Shown here piece after piece: positions 38,581 to 53,524 of a stretch of 63,923 nt of DNA. Made by a program: the position numbers and the translations under genes. The DNA is from Octopus bimaculoides (lineage: Eukaryota). The notes under the pieces are model-generated. The model saw only the letters and a list, made by a program, of their open reading frames with translations. It searched no databases and was not told the origin of the DNA. Position 1 is the stretch's first letter. Each line of letters begins with the position of its first letter. The stretch covers positions 1,621,644 through 1,685,566 of the forward strand of contig NC_068992.1 of assembly GCF_001194135.2 (NCBI RefSeq). Reading direction: 5' to 3'.

Positions 38581-40089
38581 GTGTGAGTTTATACGTCTTT
38601 GTGCGTTTCACTGTCTGTGCCTGTGAGTGTGCATTTCTGTGAGTGTGCATATGTGTGTGTGTGTGTGTGTGCGTATTTGTAGCTGAATATATAACCTTTG
38701 ATGCATTATATGCTGCTCTTGTCACACAAAAGAAACAACCAAGTAAATCATATCTTTCGACTGAAAGATATAAATACGCTAAACATATTCATATGTATTG
38801 CATATACATATATATACACATTAGGTAAATATATTCGTGCATTATACACATATACATTAGGTAAACATACTCGTATATTATGCCTTTTTAGTTAAATTAC
38901 TTTAGATTGTCTACCTTTATATTCTAAGCATATTTATGTACACTCAGATATATAAATATTTCCATGTTTTATTACTTAGACAGAGAGATATCCCTTTTTG
39001 CAGAAGACGTTACTTAGGAACAAATTATATTACAATGTATTATAGCCTCTAATACTGTATTCTACTCTATACTGATTATATTTAATCGTTTGTTTGTTTT
39101 TTTACATTTTTTCATATGGTTTAGTAATGTCCATAGAAATACATTTCTAGGAAGGAATGTTGTGCCATTTTGTTTTTAATTATATCCATGCGTTTATATA
39201 GATCTATAGATGTTTCTTTTTTTTTAGTCGTATTAAACATACGTCTTTACATTTCCACATATACAATTCAAAGACAAACTATGTTTGTATATGATAAATC
39301 TCTACGGATTAAAGTATAGAAACTTTTTATTGGAAATCAATGTGTCTGAATTTTGTTTTGCGTTTATTTTCTTACGGTTTCCTTATTTTTGCACCCCCTC
39401 CCGTTTTTCGTTTTCGTTTTTCTTCTTTTTCGTTTTTAAAAATGTTTATCGTATCATTCTAAGTACTTGTGTTGGTTTGTGAAAAGTTTTACTTCCGAAA
39501 TAAGTCAAGTGAATAAACAAGCCAACAGATAAACGGCATTCCGTCTTAGACACCATACATGTGTGTTGTGTGTCTACTTGTACAAATCGTGGATTTAACA
39601 GATCTTTCACTATTGTGGATGTTTTTAGGAATAAGAGCATTGTGTCTAGGGACATGTTGTGTGATAAATATTGAAAAGGGAACCAGAGAATAAAAGAGAT
39701 TAATGCAAGGTCAGAAAGAGCTGGTGTGGGAAATATACGAATATTAATATGTATATTACTTATTGTCAAAATCGAACAATGAACAAATTGTAAGCAAATA
39801 CGGGGTCTTTATTTCAATGGCATCACAATCACACCAAACGTACTCGGTTAATGTTTAAAACATTTCACTCAAATCCAGCGCTTCAAAATCGTTTACAGCG
39901 TGAGTTCAAATATCATCATCCAATCTACACCGACGTAAGTTTCCATTCCACAGAGACGTAATGGAAATGTACACTAAGGTTATTTCAGTGGATTATTGCA
40001 GTGCCATTACGCGCAGTCTTCCTTGCAAGCACATACCCTCCTCTTCCACCTCCCTTCCCTCCTTTTCCTCCTCCTCCTCCTCCTCCTCC

Positions 40090-40090
<1 letters not shown>

Positions 40091-40123
<33 letters not shown>

Positions 40124-40780
40124 TCAACATCCGATTTCCTTGCCAGTATGAGTTGGAAAGATTGAGAGGAGCTGGCAAACTGAGGGTCCGTACCAGATTC
40201 CAGTCTGATGTGGCTTGGTTTCTACAACTGGATGCCTTTCAAAATGATCAGCCAGAAGCGATACGAACGGTAAAAGTGTGTACTGGAAATTGACTGAGAT
40301 TATTGTGGACTTCTCGATTTGTACAATTAAAGAGTCGGCTGAATAATTCTATAAACTTAAAGCATTGTAATACAGAATTGTAACTGGAACATACCAGTAA
40401 TGATTTACATTTAGAATGAGAACATTTCGAGTTTAATTCCAGGGATATTTTTCTTTTATTTCTTGAAGTCAGTCGTTTGAGACTATGGCTGTTCATGACT
40501 TTGGCAAATCTTGATAAGCATTTCCCATACTGGTCGGTTTTTCAATTGGGTTGGCCATTTATGATAATCAATTTCTTTCTGCTTCTTATTCCTTTCTGTA
40601 GTATCATTCAATCTCAGTCTAGGTCTTCTATGGTTTCTCTTTCCTTTGCACAGATGGGAGTAAAATAGTTATCCGGGGGCCTATTGCAGTTCATCCTGTG
40701 TACGTGTTCCGAACAACATAGATTTCTATCAATGAGGATTTCCATCATAGGAGACAGAACAGATCAGCAATCCGGAAAAT
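40091..40780 (-). mobile_element. 3' end of RTE-clade LINE(s) with (GAT)n tail
   Basis: Minus-strand translation EHVHRMNCNRPP / LFYSHLCKGKRNHRRPRLRLNDT...W (cf. GHV.RM...R.PK.LLYS.L..GKR..GRPRLR.KD) at 40480-40780; (CAT)n at 40091-40120 with UTR-like sequence to ~40260. The two parts may belong to different copies. Confidence 0.75.
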
Positions 40781-43700
40781 TACAATTGTTGATTTATAGA
40801 AATCATTACATGATGTTTTATGAAAATTTCTCATATATCTATGACAACTATTTGAATGTTACTGTCAATATCATTTGCAACAAAATGAACTCAGTATGAG
40901 TTAATTCAATAAATATGAAATCGAATTATTTCAACTGAATCGCTACTGAAATACATTGAAACTGATGTTGCTCTTCGGAAGGGTCTGTTTATTTATCAGC
41001 AAATACATTTGGCATTTGGCAGTATTTGTGAATAATTGTGAATATAATGAATTACTATGAAAATGGTTGTTCAAATGTAATGAGGATTTCTCTTGGCAAA
41101 ATCGGTTGTAACACTGTTAATGTATTTAGTGGGAAGTGTGAAATGAAAGGATTAAGAGTGTTTCCTTAGCGTGCAACGATTAACTCCAATTTCCCTCTGG
41201 GTCCATATTACGTAATGGGAAATCACAGTACATTATGTTCTGACATAGATCCAAAACCCGTTCCTCAAGAATTTTATATTCCTGTAAGAAGCTCATTATT
41301 ATGAAAACTGAATAATAAAAACAACCGGATTAATATGTGTTTTAAAAATTTCTTTTAGGAACAAATTTAATGGAGGATTGAGTAACGTTCTTTAGATGCC
41401 CACCTTCACTTTTATGCTTCGCTTAAAATTTCTTTCTCTTTATTTTTTATTGAGAAAGAAAAATAAATATATTCCACAGATGAAACGTCATATTTTTTAT
41501 TTTTGTTTTCATTATTCTTTCGTTCACGGAATTGCCTAAACGATATCTAAATCATTATTTTTCTTTCTGTAGAGGCATTGTTAACGGTATAAACTTCTTT
41601 TCGTTTAGATTAGTCATCGTTTCATTAAAATTTAAAATAAAACATCAATAATAATATGAGGAAATATGTTGAATTTTATGCTGAACAACTGAATTGTATT
41701 TGTTACTTCGGTTTTGTGTGGTTTTCGTTTTTTGTTTCTTCTATGAAATTAGAAATACAAAAGTTAAGAAACAGGATGCTAAAGCGAATCACATTGAATG
41801 GGGAAGTAGGCCCTGATAATGCTACAAGACAAACGCGACTAGTATTTCCTTGAAAAAGCTAGTCAATACGCCTGTCTTACGAATAGCTTCTGGAAGAAAA
41901 TTAAATCTTAATGACAAAGCAAGACTCCCTCACTCCATCACATTACAGTTTAACCACATTTATCGCAGGAAATCAATAACTGCGAAGAAAAAAGTTTGCA
42001 AATACACTCACGCGCATTCTTATCCTGCAGAGACATGAATTCATGTGGAGACGCATAAAATGATTCATATCCATGCAAACACTGTTGCACATACCAGTAA
42101 AATCTATCCATTGAAAGTATAAGTCACGTGGTTATTGTATTTAAACAATAGGCTCCATTCATTCAAAACGTTCTCTATTGTAGCAAAGTATATACCTGTG
42201 CGCATAGCGTGGGTGGTTCGTTTCGTAATCTTCAAGCTACTAAAACTGTAGAATGTGCATGAAAGATTCGCCAGAGAATACAGTGTATTTGCATAATTTT
42301 GATCCTCGCCAATGTAATCCATTCTGTTAAGTATATGAAAACTGTATTGGTAATGGAATATTCATCATAATCTATTGACGCTTACATTATTGAACATACA
42401 ACTAATCTAATAAATAATTAAAATTTCAATGTGGACAGCATAGATATGAGAGTGAGCTGGTTTGATTTGTATGGTACTTTGTTTTATAATGGTTTTGGAA
42501 TGAAATAGTTTTGGCGAGCTTTCAATTCCTAGTTCATGATTGCACTTAACTAAATTTTTATTCATTGCTCCAAGTACCGTTCACTGCCATTTATCCCATT
42601 CGATCATTTAAATGTGCATAAAGTGGAATTACAGACAAGACGCTAAGAAATGTGATGTTGTTGCTAGTATAAAATAAATTGTAATGGCTATGTCTGTTTT
42701 AATATCCAGCTAAATGCTTCTCAATGTGTCAATTTCCTTCATATTTGTAATGAAGTAGTATATATGATAACGTTGTGTCTATAAAAATGAATTTATCAAG
42801 TTCGAAGTAGACCAGTGCCGTAGATAATCGGCTCTGATCTCTCCATACTGTTCAATAAGTTTCATGTTCCTGACACTTAAATATCCATGTTTCCCTTTGT
42901 AGTGAAAATTCCCTTGTGGATCAAGACATTGGTGGATATAATTGGAAAGCCAAATAATTTTGCCACTATTACGATTAATACATACATACGTACACATATG
43001 TATGTATATACATATACAGACATACACACATACACACACACACATACACACACACACAAATATATATATATTAATATTCCCATACGCTTAGTACAAAACA
43101 GATATTAAAAGTAGGATTTTTATTAATAAAATAAGTACAACAAACGCTACAGTTACTTCTGAGGGATTATGAACTATCTTCCTGGCAATTTTCGTTAATG
43201 AGTTTATAGTAAAAGTATTTTTAGAAAATGAAACAGATTTTAGAAATGCTTGAAATTCTCTTCACAAGACTAAGCATCTTGCAAAGAAGCGTTAATGTAT
43301 AGAAATATTAATAACACAACGCACACACAAAAAAAGCTACTTACGGAATATACAATCATAGAAACCCCACCAACAGTCTACAATGACATAAATAGACTAC
43401 AATATCATCCGACAGGTGATGTTCCCCAGTGATGCGTTATCTCCCTCACTCTCTTCTGCACATCAATTATACGCATGATGTGATATCAAGCCATGACCAT
43501 TCTTTTGCAGCTGATATATCCCCAACCATATAACATCTATGTTCAACACACTCGCCACACCTGAAGACCCCAGAGAATCTTCCAATGAGTCTATTTCTAG
43601 ATTATCTCTTTTAAGTGCTGCAGATCCGAGCAAACTCTTTCATTTCGCTATATACGTCAATGTCCTCAGATTAAAATGGAATTGTTCATTTTATAATTTT

Positions 43701-46700
43701 ATGGAAGAATATTTTTCCCAAGAAGATATTTTGATTTGTCACACAAATGTTAATGACAAACAGCTGTAGAATTACAAGCACAATGATATAATAGAATAGT
43801 CTTCAAAATAATGTATGCGTTGTTGAATAATATTTATTGCGAAAATATAGAGAAAAGGGATGTGTTTATGATTGAGTTGTTATCCCAGGATTGTCTGGAA
43901 AATATGGCGCCAATCTGCATTGAAAAGGCAGCTAACGGACGCTGTGCTTGTATGTAACAGGTATGTCTATAGAACTTATGTAATTGGATAACGCACAAGT
44001 AGCAAAATAAATAATAATTATATATTTGACATGTCAAAAAACACGTGCGTAAGGGCGAATTCTATTTGTTTTGGTTGCGCTTGTTTGAAAAAGATGAAAT
44101 ATTTTTAAGTGATCCATATCGATATTTTTAGATTAGCATTATGCCAATGCTTGAGATAAAAGTCAACCATTTTGTTCAATTTAATTAACAAGAGTAAAAG
44201 AGTAAAAAGTTATTTTACTGACTTCAAAGACAAACCTAAAACTGATAACTTTATTACTGTTTAGAAACAATTATCTGCACAACATCGAACGTTCTTTTTA
44301 CTGCAGTGACAGCAAAATCAAATGTAGTTTACAGTGGACAATTTAGAGATATTTCGATTTATAACACAATCCACATTGCTGTCGCATAAATTCTTAAAGC
44401 CCCTCGGAATTTAATACATGATGTAATTATCAAACGCCGCTACAGCAAATGTTAGTCGGGTTAATATGACATTTTTAAGGATATAATTTCTGATATATAA
44501 ACGGAATATATAATACATTATTTATCTGCTATTTCATCCGAGTTCGAAATAATATTGTGAGAATGAAATGTTGACAAAAATATTTTACATAAGCTAAGTA
44601 AACTGCCAAAGTGGCAATGTTATACTTCCCCCTCTTTCGTTCATTTACCTACGTATACAGACAAAAGACTGCAGAGTTGCAACGAAAACACTTTTATATC
44701 GCAATCTCAATGAACAGTGAATATTTTTCGCGTGTGTTTTACATGGTTAAAATGTCTCTTGTACTAGTATAACGACTTCAGTTTTAATATATTGTGTCAT
44801 ATCAAGTCATTTACTAAAAAAAAATGTACAAAGCATAAATATACTAACATATGTGCATGTGTGTATACTAAAGGATGTGCATGTACATAATGTATAACAT
44901 GATCTACTCAAATAACTGTGAATGTATGTATTAATATACAAACTACTATTTATTAATTTTATAAACAACTTGTGACTTAATGCAAAAATCAAATACACTA
45001 CAAAAGTAGATTTCTGTTTTATTTTAAATACATGACGAAATAAAACAATAATGTAGATTTTATTCATTTTTTTATCACTCTGATATCTCTCCTACTATTT
45101 ATCGTCACGATTTTTCATTGACAATTCAAAAGACTATAATCTCATATCGAATTCCGTGTCATTAAACGTTATCTTGTTCGTGCGTGATATATATATTCCA
45201 TTATGGTTTATAAAAGGTCATGTTTTTGTTTGTTAGTCATATGATATTTCAATGCTATTTATTAGGCACACCGTTATTTTGCTCGTGTTTCTCTTTTGGA
45301 TATTTCCTCCTTCATGCTTATTACGTTTCATTACTTTTCCCACGTTGATTTATATCAGCCTTGTTATTTTTAAGTTCTTTATTTCTTAATTTTGTTATAT
45401 TTTATTGGGTTTATTAGGTCACAGCTTAGATGATTTTCTCTTACAATAAATGCATTAGCTTATGACTATTCTCTGCAATTGTTTTCCCTCCTGTAATATA
45501 TGGCACACATTATTTTGAGCTAATATTTGCAATGTATAACGCAACTATCATTCGGTTATTTTACAAACCATTAAACATTACGATTCCGATATTAATAATT
45601 GCCCTGGTTAAAAGCAGGCAGCCAATTCTGATTTCAAACTTCCGATGGCATGAGGTGACTGGTAAATATCGTTTCTTTGATTTATTTTATATATTTATCA
45701 CTTTATAGTGCTACAAATTGCACAATTAGAGAAAGTGATATATCCGTTTTTATATTCTCATTAAACTCAAAATTTCTTCCTGATCTCAATACACCCATAG
45801 ACTAAAAATTATTTCGTTTTTGCATGAATTCTAAAATAACTCCTACTAACGAGCTGTTAACTAATACTTGCTGACAATTTTCATTATTAGTGGCCGTAAT
45901 TATAGGTTGTACATAAACGAATGAATAAGTTCTTCTTCATAAGTAGAGGAAGAAGAAATGAATATTTTTCAATTTTATTTAATTAGATCATTACCTTTAA
46001 TGACACTTCAGATTGTTACTTCACGAAGACTGCGACATATGATACTATAATTAACTAAAAGTGACAAGGCTCTAAACTAACGGTTTCCAAAGAGAACATT
46101 GCTGCTCCCATCATTGGAGGTGATGGAAAGAAGCTGGGGGGGGGCGTTGAAGAAAAGTGGGGTGATGATGGGGTGGCCAAAAAAGGGCAATGGATGTATA
46201 AGTGCCAAAATGATGGGTTAATTATGTCAAGTTTTAATTGTGAGATAAACGTTTGTTTAGAATTTGGTTCAGAAAATGGCCTATGTTAGTGTTGGTGAGG
46301 AGATAAGTGATACTAGGAATGTGGCCTGGTTATGAAGGAATGAGAGCACAAAAAAGTTCAGGATCTGCTGCTTTAACCAAACAAATGTCTTACTCAATAG
46401 GAAATTGTCACCTGGTCAGGCAGGAATAATTCTTTCCTTTCCTTTAAAGTCTGGTTGTTTCGTGGTTGCTTTGCCTTAAACGTCGTGAGCTTGACATTGA
46501 TTATGCGTGAGAGAGAGAGACGGGGGAAAGAGCGCGAAGAATACGCGAGATAGAGTAAATAAGAAGAGATTTACCGTAAACTGGAAAGAGTCGTAAAAAC
46601 AGAATATAAGGAGAGCTGGTTGTAAATTCAGTGGGAGAGTGAGGGAAGAAACAGGGGTGGGGGGTGAAATAAAACAAAACTGTGAGATTCTTATGTATCT

Positions 46701-48599
46701 TAAGGAAATGAAACACAAAGAAGATGATGCTGAGAAATAAGAGTGAAATTTTGGTAGAGAACTAAGAATGAGAGACCGAATTAAACCTGAAGGTTAAACA
46801 ATATCAGAGACAGTTTGACATTGCAGTTCATTAGATTTGTCAGTTGACAAGTTTTAAAATTTTCCTCTACCCACTACGAATATTTTCTGTTCATATTTTT
46901 CTACATCCCTTTCAATACCACTGCTCTCCCTTTCACTATTAATCAAAACCAACTCCTCCTCCTCTTTTACAGATATCTGATACATAGATGAATGACCCAG
47001 CTCAATTTTATGAGTTATAAAAATAAATAAATTTAGTAGTTAGAACCTTAATGGAAATGTGTAGCCATCTATGTATTTTATGTGCTGAAATCAGGGCTTA
47101 CATGCCAACGTTTTGATGTTTTATTATTCATCTGATGTGTGGGAATGTATTTTACACATTTGCCTTCACAAACACTCATGGATCAGTGACATCAATGCAG
47201 TTAATTTGTTTTTAAACACGCAAACACTTGAAAGGATTTGTTTGCATACTGATGGTCATAAACATCTTTGACGCGGACTAATACCCCTATGTGTTCGTAA
47301 TGGTTTCGAAAACTGGGGACCTTATATCATTTTAACTAAACAATTCTTAAATTTTTAAAATTCTCCAGTCTTCTTTCCTCTGTTGCAAAGGGCCCGAGAT
47401 GGTACTTTTTGTTGCTTCTCACTCAAACGTGAGCTCTTTAATTTTTTTTTTACTTTGGTTTAATGCTGTTACTTTCAGCGCGGCGAACTTAATGTGGTGC
47501 GAACTGATCCTATCTGAACACAAGTATACACGTATTGCATCCGTCCTGATGGAAGACTTTTGGCACGGCCTACTCCCAACTGTCTCTTTTATTGTTTCTT
47601 CTCGAAACATCATATAGTTGATCATACTAAGTATGAAAAGATAATGAAGCGCCTTCTATATTAGGCTACGCCAAATTTGATTACATATAACTAGACAGCC
47701 TACTTTGGTCTGGTACATGACTCACTTTCATTTCGTACAGGTCAAATTTCCGTCTTGGTCGTAATATATATCACTGGGAACACTTAACAAGTGAAGTCGG
47801 AGTAACAGCACGTCTTCAAGTGGATTTGTTCGTTATCTGAAGTAATATTCAGAATATGGTACCGAAGTGACTCAGCAGAGAGATGAGTACGAGTTATATT
47901 AGGAGTAACAAGGCATGCATCCAGCGTAGTAATGGACTCAGGCTGTGCGCCCGTCCGGCTGTATAAACTGTATAAAGTGAAAGTGGACAGATAACATAAT
48001 AGGTAAAAAGTAAATAAAAACTAGCTCTAAAGGGAGATCATGGAAGGAATATATAAGGAGGTATTGCAGATATAAATAATATTTATTTAATTATTTAATT
48101 AAAGTACTTGTCAAAAGGACTCAAATATACCGAATATGTTTCAAAAGTATGATATTAAAGTTCACGGGACACGAACGTACGAAGCTAGCGCAAGTATATC
48201 CCAGATAAAACATATCAATCTATGACTTAAAAAAAATTAATAGCCATAAATGTTAATCCCGTCGTCGGTTCAAAAGACAGTGACTATTTATTCTTTAAAA
48301 TCTCAATAGACTCTGTTTCAAAGATTACTTGGCGTTGAACCATCTTGATAAGACGTTCCTGCTCTTATAATAGAGTATATAACAAAATAATGAAGGTCTT
48401 GCATTTAGCAGAAGAAAATCAACTAAGGTGGGCTAAAAGTATTCTCAGAAGTTATTAGCCGATCCAGTGTATATGTTAGAAGAATTTTAATATATATCAT
48501 GTACAGTGCATCTATAGATGGCATTATGCATCAAACAATAACCATTCATAGGGCATCTATTAGGTATTGTAAAATTGCATTTATTCAGATCCCTTATTA

Positions 48600-49232
48600 A
48601 ATTACAATTATCGTTAGCCCTTTTGTGGTTATTATTCGTATTCATATTTCAATTAGTATTTATATTGTTCCTACTATTATTAATAATCGATATGCTGCTA
48701 TTCAAGCTATGACTACTAAGAATTCCATTGTTCTTAACATGGATTTGACTATCGTTACAACCGCAATGAAATGGGTATCTTTTCATTGCTCTAATCAATA
48801 TAGTTAATATGGTTGCTGTTATTATCACCATCTCTATTATTGTCACTATCAACATCGGCCCCATTTTCATTGATATTCATCCTATAATCATTTACACGAA
48901 CAGCACTATTATCAACCAAATTAAAGGTGAGAAAATTCTTACCTTTTTATTATTATTAACATTTCTACTCACAAATTTACTTTTAGTTCCTGTGGGGTTT
49001 ACACTGCTGATGACTTATACCAGGGATGCATTTGCTATTCATATCATTATTATCACCAATCTCATTAACATCGTTATAGCTAACTCCAATTAATAATATC
49101 TAACAATTGTTATTGCTAGTTATTAATAAGGTTTATTATTAATACTATTGCCTTCGAAAAGCACGTTATTTATGTTCTTTGTTCTTTCATCATCATCGTC
49201 ATCATCATTATTATTATCATCATCATCATCAC
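48600..49232. repeat. Decayed (ATT/ATC)n low-complexity tract
   Basis: Triplet periodicity (att, atc, act, gtt) ending in (CAT/TAT)n; explains the Ile-rich ORFs. Confidence 0.8.
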
Positions 49233-49233
49233 C

Positions 49234-49585
49234 ATTGTTTTCAGACGAGTTTATCTGTTTGCTTGTTTGTCCGTGGACAGGATATCTCAAAAACCGCTAA
49301 AGAAATTCGGATGAAACTTTCAGGAATGTTTGGCCTCAGGACTGGCACGAACAGATTAGAATTTGGGATCGATTCGTTACCGGACAAGGATTCTGGATTA
49401 TTTTTCCGCTCTTTTTACTGAATTTTTCAGAGCGGTCGGGTTCATTCTTAGTATTCTCATTTGTGAGAGCAGTTGAATTTATTGTTTATGTTCATTAGTT
49501 CGACGGTTCGTGTTGCCAATTGCTATTCACCTCGATTACATATCTCATAATTTGATTTTGGACTTTTGGTATTAAATCAATTTAT
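49234..49585 (+). mobile_element. Non-autonomous Helentron-like element (HINE/DINE-1-like), 5'-truncated
   Basis: GTTT/GTCC micro-repeat followed by gatatctcaaaaaccgct...attcggatgaaacttt, the typical DINE-1/HINE-style core. Terminal hairpins not found. Confidence 0.55.
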
Positions 49586-49962
49586 ATGTCATCATTTTAT
49601 TTACACATTTTGCCGTATTCTTATAACCTCTGAACGTATATATTAATGTGCATGTCTACGTGTGTGTGTGTGTTTAAGTCTCCATGTGTGTGTGTGTGTG
49701 TGTGTCTGTGTGTGGTATCACAATCTAAATGAAGCAACATATATTTACGTGTATTACATAATGCAAGCGTAATCTGATATATAACGCAATACCCTCAGTA
49801 GAATAGGGAAAATTAATATAACAATATCCTACTGTCAAGCGCACGCTGTTGATATCTTACACAGTTAGTCTTGGGTGAAACACAAACTACATCGTTTGCC
49901 TTCTGTATATTTGTGCATGCTTATATGCATGTATATATATGTGTGTGTATACATATATACAA

Positions 49963-49994
<32 letters not shown>

Positions 49995-50149
49995 NNNNNN
50001 NNNNTAATATGTAATTTATAATGTTTGATCTAATCTGGAGGATAATACTCTTCGTTTTCATAAGCTAACATGATCCAGTGTTACTAGTCAGTAAAATCTA
50101 ACTTCTAATTCTCAATTAAGCATCGTTGATTAATATACAATTGCAACCA

Positions 50150-50220
50150 CTTGTTCGAAATTCTTCAAAAGGTGCCCCAAAATGGCCGCAGCTCTTGCGT
50201 TGAAACTGATAAAGAAAAAA
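50150..50220 (+). mobile_element. SINE 3' tail fragment
   Basis: ttcttcaaaaggtgccccaaaatggccgcagc...gaaactgataaagaaaaaa matches 54830-54890. Confidence 0.75.
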
Positions 50221-52618
50221 ATGTGCTACGATTATCCATAACTTTTGTCTTCTTAATCTCTTGATAAGGGTAGCAATGTCACATCGCTCTTCCTCACGCT
50301 CATATTTATCTGATTATTAAGCTACTTATAATGCAATATTTGAAAAAAGAGCTGAGTAAGATGAAGTTTTGCGGCGAACCGCTCAGCAATCCATTGCATT
50401 TCTAATCAGAATACGTTTGTTCATAAATTCAAAACAAACTTATTGCGATTAGTTGGATAAGCTCCAGCGTACAGGCTTTCCTGCCGATGTTTGTATTTTC
50501 TGTAATATATTATCGAAAAATACACAAACGCACAATTAATCAATTTGAAGAAATCGCGAACAAATCACTATTTATGCAAATTGAACAAACTGTCTGAGCA
50601 AAAATTCAATACATAAAATTGCTATGTATATCTATTAACTCTATTTCTCGCTATGATATTCCATGTCTGTTATAAATCAAAGTAGATTTCAACTCTACTT
50701 CATCAATATCTGCTACCCACAGAGACAAAAAACAACATAAAAAGCAATGGCGCTGGTATGTTGCAAAATATTTTCGTATTTTTTTCTCCAGCATTCTCCA
50801 CACACATAAATAGAAAATATTCACTAACACAAAGATATATGCATACATGTGTAAATAAATGCGTATGAGAACATATATATATATGTTATTATTCAATTTT
50901 ATTTCTAGATTTCTTGCCAATAAATAAAGAACCGGTTTCTAACCTAGAGCCAAGGATCCTTCATTGCAATTTCTTTTTGCATGTTTGTGTGTATATGCGT
51001 AATATTTGGAGTCAGTGCATGTGCAGGTTTTATGACATGTCTAGACATGAGTATATGTATTTTGTTCCATTAATGACTTCTATCAGTAATATCTTAGGTT
51101 TAGCTTTCACCCTTTTGGTTTTGAGAACGATAATTTCTCACGATTGATGCTGAAGCAGTTTCATACTTGCATCAGCGCTCCAATAATCATAGCTATAAAT
51201 ATGAACTTATGGTCCAGCTACAGTAGCTAAAAAAATGCCAATAGTTTTAGGTTGACATCCGCAGGGCATCTGATTTCCACTACTGTACATACTTACTTTT
51301 CTCCTTCTTAAACCATTATTTCTGGTCTATTATGTTTCCATTGAATCAGCTGTAACACCCTAACGTCTCACCAGCGCCTCTTTCACTTTTGTGCATGAGG
51401 TATCTTGCCAACATAAGGACTACCTGGGGCTCAGCTAGAGAGGCCACCGCAAGGAGACGGAAATGTATCGTGAAATGATGAATGCAGCAACGCGCTGAAA
51501 TGGCGCATGGCTCCCGCCCCTGCCCGAACCAGAGCTGACGACGTTTACTAAAACCGAACCTTAGAAGAAATCCCATTATCCTGATGCAGAAATATTTTTT
51601 CACTAAGAAAGCGAAAAACAAGTACAAATTTTCTGGGCCACACTCATTCTACTTATCAATATTTCTTCCTTTAAACGTAAGAACCCAACTAAGTCACATT
51701 CACTGATGTATTCAAGGAACACAGCATCCACACACTAATACTCCTTTATTGTTTTTTTTTAAATCTTTTACCTGTTTTAGCTTATCCCTTGTCGCCATCT
51801 TCAATTATTTATAATTATTTTTATATTTCTACATACCAAAGATTAAGAATTATCGCTTGCATTAGTTTCCTATATCCAGATATACGATCGTTCTCAGCTG
51901 TAAGAGTTTTTCTCTGCTTTTACGTCTCCTCCTTCCTTATTATCCTTCTGTTCTTCGCTTTCTTTAAATACTTCACCATATAAGAGTTCTCAGAAACAAA
52001 AAAAAAAACAAGGTTATACAACAATAGAAGCACTCCTCTTTCTGTTTACTTTCTTTTTCTATCTTTCTCTTTTCACTTATTTCATTATATTTCCGTCACA
52101 CACTCATACCATTCATATATCATTATTATTTGCTTTGTTTTATCTATATATATTATTTTTGAATATATTACTTGCACGCTTTAAAATTTTATATATTTTA
52201 CTCTTTTTCGCTTTTTAATTAAATTCTATACCTATTTTTCAATCCATTTTTTTTTTACTGCATTCTTTCTTTGAATATCTAATTATTTTAATAATCTGCA
52301 CGCAAACAGTTTGCATATGAACGCAAATATCTATCGGTTTCCAGTAACCAATCAAATTATGGGCTTTTTTTTCACTCTTCTCCAAATATTTTGCAGCATT
52401 TCAAAGGGTCTTAAATCGCACCTGGGTAAAAGAATCTTCATAGTTAATTCACTAAGTTGGATGAAACAGAAGGAGACTTTCGAACACCCAATAATTGAAC
52501 TTTAAGTGTGAAATGAATATTTTATGCACTGCTCTTTGTATTTCAGACATTTTAAGTGCATGTATGCAATAATTTACATACATATGTGTGTGTGTGTGTG
52601 TGTATTTATGGATATGTG

Positions 52619-52652
<34 letters not shown>

Positions 52653-52807
52653 TGCATGTATATTTCTCTGTGTGTATTTATGTATGTATATATATATATA
52701 TAAGCACTAAACGTTTATAGGGCATATTTTTCACAATCAATGCCACATTGTTATAGCGTTTTTACAGTATGTCCACGTTGAGCAGGATATACTTTGTACT
52801 ATTTGGT

Positions 52808-53045
52808 ACTAAAAAGAAGGCGTGTGGCTTACTGGTTAGGGCGTCGCGATAATGATCGTTATTGGTTTCGTTTCTTGGACCGTGCAATACGTTGTTTTCA
52901 TCAGCAAAACACTTCATTTCACCTGGCTCCAGTCAACTCAGCTGGTCAAAATTTGAGCATCCATGTGACGAGCCGGTGTTCCGTTCAGCAGGGGAGCAAT
53001 ATGAACCGCATAGAATCCGAGATGGACTCTTGATCGATTTGCATT
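52808..53045 (+). mobile_element. tRNA-derived SINE (family B)
   Basis: tRNA-like head ggcgtgtggcttactggttagggcg...ggtttcgtttc followed by the core cacttcatttcacctggctccagtcaactcagctgg. Confidence 0.7.
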
Positions 53046-53268
53046 CTCACATCGACAAATGTTAGTAAACAGGTCGCGGTCTCAAAGCGACGAAAATATT
53101 TTGACAAATTAAATTTAAATGTTGAAGTGAATCTGACGGCTTTTGTGTGTTATTCTAAATGGCTTATAAACACCTTCCACGCTGCAATTGTTTATATATA
53201 TATATATATGTAAATTCCTCTATTTCATAATATCGAGGTCTCGTTCTTTTGTTGTCATTTTATTATTA

Positions 53269-53317
<49 letters not shown>

Positions 53318-53335
53318 CTAATATATTCATTCACA

Positions 53336-53377
<42 letters not shown>

Positions 53378-53524
53378 TACAAACACACACATACACCTAC
53401 TTATGCATATGTACTTATACACGCATATGCGTATGCAGATATAGACATACGTAACATACCTACATATAATAATTATGCACCTACGTACGTATGAATGTAT
53501 GTATATATGTATATATTAGTACCA

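Noticed and set aside
40652-40720. Strong-looking plus-strand splice acceptor
   Set aside because: It is the antisense of an RTE C-terminal fragment, and all three frames stop quickly.
46136-46187. G-tract cluster (G9, G4, G4, G3)
   Set aside because: Loops of 7-14 nt make a stable quadruplex doubtful.
52808-52880. tRNA gene
   Set aside because: Cloverleaf is broken and it continues into a SINE core; the same applies to 54307 and 9683.
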